A stretch of 64,000 nt of DNA from assembly GCA_018819405.1 (NCBI GenBank), contig JAHJQF010000001.1:371277-435276 (forward strand), given 5' to 3'. Every line of letters begins with the position of its first letter. The stretch's first letter is position 1. Below the pieces are notes generated by a model. That model was given only the letters and a program-made list of their open reading frames with translations. It was not told where the DNA came from and made no database searches. The stretch is from Patescibacteria group bacterium (lineage in GTDB: Bacteria; Patescibacteriota; Patescibacteriia; UBA1558; GWA2-36-10). Of the stretch, positions 57,423-64,000 are shown piece after piece. The position numbers and the translations under genes are program-made.

Positions 57423-58601
57423 ATGCTTCATTTTGTAAAAAGTTTTTTACCGAATCACATGCAAAGACAGATGAGAGAGCTTTTTGTCTCTACGACTTTG
57501 GTCAATCTGGCACTGGCGATGGTAATTATTTTTGAACCAATTTATCTGTATCAGTCGGGCTACAGTCTAAATAAAATAATGTTTTTTTATTTTGTAGTTT
57601 ACGCTCTGTATCTTTTGATAGTTCCAATAGGCGCTAAGTTTTCTAGGCGTTTTGGATATGAGCAGGGGATACTGGTAGGGACTATTATGTATATAGTTTT
57701 TTATTTGGCCTTGTTTGCTATTGGTTTTTGGCCTTGGATGTTTTTTGTGGCGCCAATATTGTATGCTATACAAAAAATGTTTTATTGGCCGGCTTATCAC
57801 GCAGATTTTGCTAGATTTTCAGATAATAGAGAAGAAGGCCGTTCAGTTTCTTCTATCACTGCTATTACTTCTTTGGTTTATATTTTGGGGCCTGTTTTGG
57901 CTGGATTTTTAGTGTCGCAATGGGGCTATGGGGCTTTGTTTACTGTAGCCTCTATTATATTTTTAACCTCCAATATCGCTACATTGGTCACCAAAGAAAA
58001 ATTTAATCCGGGGGATTTTAATTATAAAGATGCATATAAGAGTTTGTTTAGTAAAGAAAACAGGCAATCATTTTTGGCCTATGCTGGCTATGGGGAAGAA
58101 CTGGTGGTAATGGTTATTTGGCCGGTTTTCATATCAATTGTTATTGTCAATCTTTTTGATTTGGGTTTGGTAGTTACCTTGGCAACTTTAGTTACTACTG
58201 TTGCGCTATTGTATATAGGTAAATTGACAGACTCAAGAAATAAAAGAAAGATTTTATCTCTGGGAGCGGTTTTTTATTCATTAGCTTGGTTTTTTAGAAT
58301 TTTTGTCAGCACCACAGCGGGAGTATTTTTTGTAGATACCATGTCTCGTCTGGGAAAAAATGTGGTGTCAGTGCCGTTGGTAGCACTGACTTATGAGCAG
58401 GCTAAATTGGTTGAAAATCAACAGAAAAAAACTTCGGTAATGAATAGAGTGATATTTTTTGAAATGAGTTTGATAGTCGGCAAAATTTTGGCCATTATTG
58501 CTATCTATATATTGACTTTATTTGTAGCCGATGAAGTGTTGGCCTTTAAAATAACTTTTATTTTGGCCGGAGGGATGTCACTTTTTTACATGCTACTCTA
58601 A
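57423..58601 (+). CDS. MFS-type transporter, 12 TM (paralog of 55569..56762)
   Basis: Polytopic membrane protein. Confidence 0.55.
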   Translation: MLHFVKSFLPNHMQRQMRELFVSTTLVNLALAMVIIFEPIYLYQSGYSLNKIMFFYFVVYALYLLIVPIGAKFSRRFGYEQGILVGTIMYIVFYLALFAIGFWPWMFFVAPILYAIQKMFYWPAYHADFARFSDNREEGRSVSSITAITSLVYILGPVLAGFLVSQWGYGALFTVASIIFLTSNIATLVTKEKFNPGDFNYKDAYKSLFSKENRQSFLAYAGYGEELVVMVIWPVFISIVIVNLFDLGLVVTLATLVTTVALLYIGKLTDSRNKRKILSLGAVFYSLAWFFRIFVSTTAGVFFVDTMSRLGKNVVSVPLVALTYEQAKLVENQQKKTSVMNRVIFFEMSLIVGKILAIIAIYILTLFVADEVLAFKITFILAGGMSLFYMLL

Positions 58602-58602
58602 T

Positions 58603-59436
58603 ATGGATATAACACAACTTCAATTATTACTAAAACAATATCATCTTAGTCCAAACAAAATAAGAGGTCAGAATTTTTTGGTTTCAGACGAGGTGCTAAA
58701 AAACATTTTGGATGTTGCAAATATTTCAAAAAAAGAATTGGTTTTGGAGGTCGGTCCTGGCTTGGGAGCCTTGACTACTGTCTTGGTAGATAAGGCAGAG
58801 CAAGTAGTCGCTTTTGAGATTGATAAAAATTTTGTTGAGCCTCTAAACAAATTAAAAAAAGTATCAAAAAATTTGGAAATAATATGGCATGATATACTTT
58901 CCTTATCTGATGACGAGTGGTTGGGTATTATGTCTAAGTACAAAAAAAATAAATACAAAATAGTTGCTAATATACCGTATTATCTGACTGCTAAATTTAT
59001 AAATAAATTTATCTTGGCAAAGAGGAGGCCACTTAGCATGACGCTAATGGTTCAAAAGGAGGTGGCGCAAAGAGTAGTGGATCACCAAAAACACAGTTTG
59101 CTTTCACTGTCAGTGGCGTTTTATGCCAAAGCACAACTTGCTCATGTGGTGACTAAAGAAAATTTTTATCCACAGCCCAAAGTTGATTCCGCTATTTTAA
59201 ATATTTATGACATTATTGATTGGCAGTACCAGGTGGAAGAAAAAAAAGTTTGGCAACTGGTTCGTCGCGGCTTTGCGTATAAAAGAAAAAAACTTTTTAA
59301 TAATTTATTGACTGACCAGTCAATAAATAAAGAAAAATTAGCTAAAATCTTTGATAAAATGGGTTTAGATCAAAATATCAGGGCAGAAAAATTGTCAGTT
59401 TCTAATTGGCTGGAGCTAGCCAAAAATTTATTTTAA
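58603..59436 (+). CDS. rsmA: 16S rRNA (adenine1518/1519-N6)-dimethyltransferase RsmA/KsgA
   Basis: GQNFLVSDEVL, SAM motif VLEVGPGLGALT, NIPYYLT. Confidence 0.85.
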   Translation: MDITQLQLLLKQYHLSPNKIRGQNFLVSDEVLKNILDVANISKKELVLEVGPGLGALTTVLVDKAEQVVAFEIDKNFVEPLNKLKKVSKNLEIIWHDILSLSDDEWLGIMSKYKKNKYKIVANIPYYLTAKFINKFILAKRRPLSMTLMVQKEVAQRVVDHQKHSLLSLSVAFYAKAQLAHVVTKENFYPQPKVDSAILNIYDIIDWQYQVEEKKVWQLVRRGFAYKRKKLFNNLLTDQSINKEKLAKIFDKMGLDQNIRAEKLSVSNWLELAKNLF

Positions 59437-59527
59437 GCTGTAAGCACCGGACACTTGAAAATCGGTGATTTTTTCTTTGGTTATTTTATAATTTTATGTT
59501 ATAATAAATGCAACTTATCGTTTAATT

Positions 59528-60319
59528 ATGGACGAAAATTTTGAACTAAATCAATTACAAAAAAATCAGGATTTAAACAATCAAGTTTTGCCAGAAAATG
59601 TCCAGGCGAATTTGGAAAATCCTACCAATAAAAAAAGTTTGCGCGGTAAATTTTGGTTATTTTTTGTGTTTAGTATTTTTTTATTATTGATAAGTGGATC
59701 GCAGATTTATAAAAATTTGATTGAGCCAGTCAAATATGACACTCCTGATTGGCTGGATAATCAATTGAGTCCTGATGAAGAAGCGACTAGGACTATAGCC
59801 GAGCTAAAGGAAAATGATACAGATGGGGATGGTCTGACAGATTATGAAGAAAAGTATCAATATTATACTAGTATGTTTTTGGAAGATACTGATAGTGACG
59901 GCTTTACTGACTCTGAAGAAGTAGCTTTGGGGAATGATCCGCTTTGTCCACATGGGCAGTCCTGTAATCTTTTGAGACTCATCACACCCAATACTAAATT
60001 GGCCGATATAATTGAGCAGGTCAATGTTGACCCAGATATAACAGTCCAAGAGGCGGCTGTGTCTGAATTTAGGAATTTTCTCAAAGAAAATGGTATGCCG
60101 CAGGAAGACCTAGATGCCCTGACAGATGAGGATCTTCTAAATATTTTTAGAATATTTGATCAGAGTAATATTTTACCCGAAAATGCTTTGTCCAATGATC
60201 CTACTCCAGATGAAGTCAGACAGTTTTTATTGACCCAACCAGGAGCCGATCCAGCAGAAATAAACGCTTTGAGTGATGAGGAATTATTGGGTATAGCCCA
60301 AGAATTATTAGCAAGATAA
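59528..60319 (+). CDS. Membrane-anchored protein with TSP3-like Asp repeats (paralogous in style to 49948..51528)
   Basis: TDGDGLTDYEEKYQYYTSMFLEDTDSDGFTDSEE; N-terminal TM helix. Confidence 0.5.
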   Translation: MDENFELNQLQKNQDLNNQVLPENVQANLENPTNKKSLRGKFWLFFVFSIFLLLISGSQIYKNLIEPVKYDTPDWLDNQLSPDEEATRTIAELKENDTDGDGLTDYEEKYQYYTSMFLEDTDSDGFTDSEEVALGNDPLCPHGQSCNLLRLITPNTKLADIIEQVNVDPDITVQEAAVSEFRNFLKENGMPQEDLDALTDEDLLNIFRIFDQSNILPENALSNDPTPDEVRQFLLTQPGADPAEINALSDEELLGIAQELLAR

Positions 60320-60353
60320 TTATTATATTTTTGATAAGAATAAAATATAAGAT

Positions 60354-63300
60354 ATGGCAAGTTATAAAAAAATAATTTTTTCCCTAGTTCTAGTTTTTGT
60401 TACTTTTACCGGTCTATCTTTGCCGCGTCCAGCGGATGCTTTTATTGTATCGGTGGCCCATGATGTCACCGGAAGTCTAAAATGGATTTGGGATAAAGTA
60501 GAGAAAGTTTATGATACTGTCCAGGGCATTGTGGGTGCTGAATTATCAAATAAGACGGTGGGAATGTTTATGGATAGTCTGGCCTATGATGTAGCCACTG
60601 AACTAGCAACTGGTGCAGCCGGAGGTAAACCATTGTTTCGGACGACCTCTATAAAACAACATTTACAAAATGCTCAAGATAAGGCTTTTGGTGAATTTTT
60701 GGGTGAGCTTACTACCAAAGGTTTTGATGAATTGGGTATAAATCTTTGTGATCCTTCTATTGATGTCAAATTGACGCTTACCTTAGCTTTGCTTGATGAG
60801 CAAAAACCGCCAAAACCAAAGTGTGATTGGCGTAATGTCCAGAGAGAATGGAAAAATTTTGAAAAAGAAGTGCAATCAGATATTGTAAAGTTTCATCTTG
60901 ATCCGAAAAGATCAGGGACTGACAGCACCAAAGAATTTTTTCAGGGTTTGATGGATCCTGAAAATAGTGACTTGGGCGCCTTAATAAAATTGGAGACGAC
61001 TGTCAACAATAAAAAAATAGAAGCTAAAGAGGTGGAAGAACTATCTGCTTCTGAATGTCAGGGATTCATAGACAAAGCTACAACTGTTATAGAGGCTGTG
61101 AAAACTCACTGTAGTGTAGCTATGAATATGTCGGAAGAACAATGGGATTCGGCTGTTGAAAACTCAGCTAAAGCCATAGCAGCTAGAAAAGAGGCAGCTA
61201 CCAATAGGAAATTGTCAGATATTTTAAAAGATGCCGGTAGTCGTTTTGTTGATACTTTTACTTCCAAACTGATGAAAGAATGGATAAAAGACGGTATGTG
61301 GTCTTTATTTGGTGGTAAGAATAATAATGCAATAGTAGGAGATGATCTATTAGCTAGATTAAGGGGTGGTTATGATTTTTTGCAGCCTAGGGGTCAGGAT
61401 TTATTTAAAGACCTTAAAAAAATAAGGATAGAAAAAATAGAATCTTTTGATTATCTCAATGAATTTGCAATTTGTCCAAGTCAGTTTAAAAAACCAGACA
61501 ATTGTGTGATGAGTCCAGCTTTTTTACAAGCGGTAAATTCTCAGATGACTTTGAAACAAGCTATAGAAGATGGTGTAATTGACGGGCAGACTCCTTTGAT
61601 TGGGCCAAATGATCCACTCAATCATAGCACTGAAAAATGTTATCGTGATGGTTTGTGTTATGGTAATTTAGTCAAGCTCAGAAAAGCAAATATTGTACCA
61701 GTTGGATGGGAATTGGCAGCTATTCGTGGCCCAGTCAGTTTACAGCAGGCTATGGATTGTTTTGAAGAATCATTAGATTGTCGTTTTCCTATTTCAGATA
61801 AGTTTGCCGTAGATGGTAATCAACACAATCCTTTTTATCATTTGATAGATCCGGATTGGGTTCTCAAAGCACCTAGTGTCTTATGCGATGCCTATGTCAA
61901 TTCATCTGTTTTGGAATCTTCAGACAGTAGTAATCGTCAACAATATTGTGCTGATGCCAAAATTTGTTTGCGTGAAGATGATGATGGTAATTGTCTGGAT
62001 GGTCAATACGGATATTGTACTAGGACAGAAAATATTTGGCGTTTTGAAGGCGACAAATGTCCAAGTGGTGATATTTACGCCGGTTGTTTGACTTTTAAAA
62101 ATGAAGATTTGGGAGAGTTTTCTTATGTTGAAGATAGTCTTGATTATTGTACTGCTGATCAAGCGGGTTGTCGCAGGTATTCCCAAGAAAAAGACTTTGA
62201 AGGCAATTGGATATTAGATGATATCAGATATGATGATAATGATTTATTTTTGAATAAACAGGCAAATATCTGTAGCTCGGATCAGGCTGGTTGTGATCAA
62301 TATATATTAATGGCTCCTGATCTTGGTGTTAATCTAGTTCCCAATAGTGGTTTTGGTGACATCAATGATGACGGAACTCCTGATGGCTGGTCTTCAGTAG
62401 GTTTTGATTATAATGGCGATAGAATTGCCAATGGTTATGCCTATGGTGGTGGATTGGGAGTTGATTTGATGCAAAGAGTAGAGCTTTTGCCAAATACCAT
62501 GTACCAAATTTCAGTGGACATGGAGCAATATACTCCTGAAAGTACAGACCAAGGCAGAATCACTATGCATCTTTGCGATGCCTCTGGTACTTGTGGTGAT
62601 ACTAGTATTGGCGGGGCTATAGAGGAGCTTACTACTTGTGACATCGGATATGATGGACACCCAAACAATATAGACCTTCTGTCAGTACCGTCTCAAGGAG
62701 CACAAAGAGCCAAGTGTACATTTATGACCAATGAAAATACTAAAGGTGGTCAGATTAATATTTCATCTGAAAATCCTGTGGCTAGTTCTGTTATTTGGTT
62801 TGATAATCTAAAATTAGAAATTGTCAGCTCTTCAAACAGTTCATCTGTTTATACACCTTATGGACAAGGCGGTTATGTTTATATGGATAGCGGACGTTTT
62901 ATGTGTCTTGAAAAAGAAGTTGGTTGTCAGGGCTATACTCCTATAAATGGAGACCCAATGATACCAGCAGTTATTAATTCTGGTGATCTTTGTCCAAATG
63001 AATGTGTTGGCTATGATACTTTTTCTGAACAGCCTGATTTGTTTGATATTATGGAGGGTGATACGGATGTGAGGTATTTTAATTTCATACCAGATACAGC
63101 TAATTCATGTCCTGAGACTGCAGTTGGTTGTGAAGAGTTCACCAACCTTGATGTATTAGCCGAGGGCGGTGAGGGTAGAGAATATTATACATTCCTTCGC
63201 CAATGTGTGCCTTCGGAGTTTGGGGCGGCTTATTATACTTGGGAGGGTAGTGACGTGGCCGGTTATCAAATCAAAACTTGGTATATCTTAGAAAGTAATA

Positions 63301-64000
63301 TCAGCGATGCGCCTTGCACTAACATAGATCCTCATGGCACTGATTGTCGTGACAATGTCAGTATTGCTACTTGTGATGTCTCAGAGTTGGATACAAACCC
63401 AAATTGTCGCCAGTTCTTTGATCAAGACGGAGACTCTCATATGCGTTTGCAGGATAGGGTAGTATTTGCCAGCGATAACTGTCATGACTATAGACGTACT
63501 TTGACCGGTACAGAATATAGCGGTTTGCCGTCAGAAAGTATTTCTTGTACGGCAGCCAATAATAATTGCCGATCATATTATGGTAATAATGCCAATAATA
63601 TACGTATGTTATTTATTGATAATTTTGAAGGTGGTACTTATTCCCCGTGGGGAGATGGAGATCCGGGTATTATTGATTTGTCTTCAGAATCATTAAATGA
63701 CGGTGGTCATTCTTTGAAGCTTGCCACAGGGCATAGCCATGGCAGAAATATGGTTGACGAAGTTATAAAAAATAACAAAGAATATCAGGTCTCCTGGTGG
63801 ATGAAAAGCAGTGTGTCATTGAGTGATTTTAATATTCGCCTATTTTTGGAGGATGCCAATAATAATACATTTTTAGAAAATTTGAATGACGCAGAAGATA
63901 CTGATTTGTTTAATATTGAAGCTGGTAACTGGCATTATTATACTATTTCCAAATATCTGGATATATCTAGTTTGGACATGGATAATATTGATAGCCAGGC
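60354..64000 (+). CDS. Giant secreted cysteine-rich surface protein, 5' portion (at least 1215 codons; runs off the window end); absent from the supplied ORF track
   Basis: I read every line from 60354 to 64000 in frame and found no stop; the first in-frame upstream stop is 60348-50. Signal peptide MASYKKIIFSLVLVFVTFTGLSLPRPADA. Repeated CxxxxGC modules (CPSGDIYAGC, CTADQAGCRRY, CSSDQAGCDQY, CLEKEVGCQGY, CPETAVGCEEF). Two CBM_4_9-like segments (PNSGFGDINDDGTPDGWS... and IDNFEGGTYSPWGDG...GGHSLKLATG...YQVSWWMKSS). Confidence 0.8.
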   Translation, partial: MASYKKIIFSLVLVFVTFTGLSLPRPADAFIVSVAHDVTGSLKWIWDKVEKVYDTVQGIVGAELSNKTVGMFMDSLAYDVATELATGAAGGKPLFRTTSIKQHLQNAQDKAFGEFLGELTTKGFDELGINLCDPSIDVKLTLTLALLDEQKPPKPKCDWRNVQREWKNFEKEVQSDIVKFHLDPKRSGTDSTKEFFQGLMDPENSDLGALIKLETTVNNKKIEAKEVEELSASECQGFIDKATTVIEAVKTHCSVAMNMSEEQWDSAVENSAKAIAARKEAATNRKLSDILKDAGSRFVDTFTSKLMKEWIKDGMWSLFGGKNNNAIVGDDLLARLRGGYDFLQPRGQDLFKDLKKIRIEKIESFDYLNEFAICPSQFKKPDNCVMSPAFLQAVNSQMTLKQAIEDGVIDGQTPLIGPNDPLNHSTEKCYRDGLCYGNLVKLRKANIVPVGWELAAIRGPVSLQQAMDCFEESLDCRFPISDKFAVDGNQHNPFYHLIDPDWVLKAPSVLCDAYVNSSVLESSDSSNRQQYCADAKICLREDDDGNCLDGQYGYCTRTENIWRFEGDKCPSGDIYAGCLTFKNEDLGEFSYVEDSLDYCTADQAGCRRYSQEKDFEGNWILDDIRYDDNDLFLNKQANICSSDQAGCDQYILMAPDLGVNLVPNSGFGDINDDGTPDGWSSVGFDYNGDRIANGYAYGGGLGVDLMQRVELLPNTMYQISVDMEQYTPESTDQGRITMHLCDASGTCGDTSIGGAIEELTTCDIGYDGHPNNIDLLSVPSQGAQRAKCTFMTNENTKGGQINISSENPVASSVIWFDNLKLEIVSSSNSSSVYTPYGQGGYVYMDSGRFMCLEKEVGCQGYTPINGDPMIPAVINSGDLCPNECVGYDTFSEQPDLFDIMEGDTDVRYFNFIPDTANSCPETAVGCEEFTNLDVLAEGGEGREYYTFLRQCVPSEFGAAYYTWEGSDVAGYQIKTWYILESNISDAPCTNIDPHGTDCRDNVSIATCDVSELDTNPNCRQFFDQDGDSHMRLQDRVVFASDNCHDYRRTLTGTEYSGLPSESISCTAANNNCRSYYGNNANNIRMLFIDNFEGGTYSPWGDGDPGIIDLSSESLNDGGHSLKLATGHSHGRNMVDEVIKNNKEYQVSWWMKSSVSLSDFNIRLFLEDANNNTFLENLNDAEDTDLFNIEAGNWHYYTISKYLDISSLDMDNIDSQ

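Noticed and set aside
1-64000. Alternative genetic code (UGA recoding as in Gracilibacteria/SR1)
   Set aside because: Long housekeeping ORFs (pnp, leuS, infB, copA) are intact under the standard code and end at TAA/TAG/TGA, so there is no need to invoke recoding. The single in-frame TAA in the prs-like gene is better explained as a pseudogene or error.

Overview
This is an AT-rich (about 33-35% GC), gene-dense bacterial window translated with the standard code; long uninterrupted ORFs rule out UGA recoding. Its content and style (type IV pilus genes with large adhesin-like pilins, giant cysteine-rich surface proteins, weak Shine-Dalgarno use, small paralogous transporters) fit a small-genome Patescibacteria/CPR-like or other reduced AT-rich bacterium, though I cannot verify the taxon. 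The housekeeping backbone is a copper P1B ATPase, a pilB-pilC-pilin operon, rpsO-pnp, lspA, comM, rny-ymdB, hup, clpP, nrnA, infB-rbfA, leuS, tsaC, rsmA, mgtE, tspO and CPA2/CaCA antiporters. There are five tRNAs, including a rare tRNA-Ile with a UAU anticodon. Notable points: a giant ORF of at least 1215 codons runs off the 3' end and is missing from the ORF track. Several short islands at about 50-55% GC sit in the 33% background and carry SD-dependent small genes, a toxin-antitoxin-like pair, PRTase-family genes and a prs-like gene broken by an in-frame TAA. A pilus operon ends with an LVIVD beta-propeller pilin, a PilX-like PA14 protein and a membrane-anchored ClpB D1-only AAA+ module. There is also a tyrosine-recombinase accessory patch, duplicated promoter repeats upstream of mgtE, and several structured non-coding regions. 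No CRISPR array or rRNA was found.
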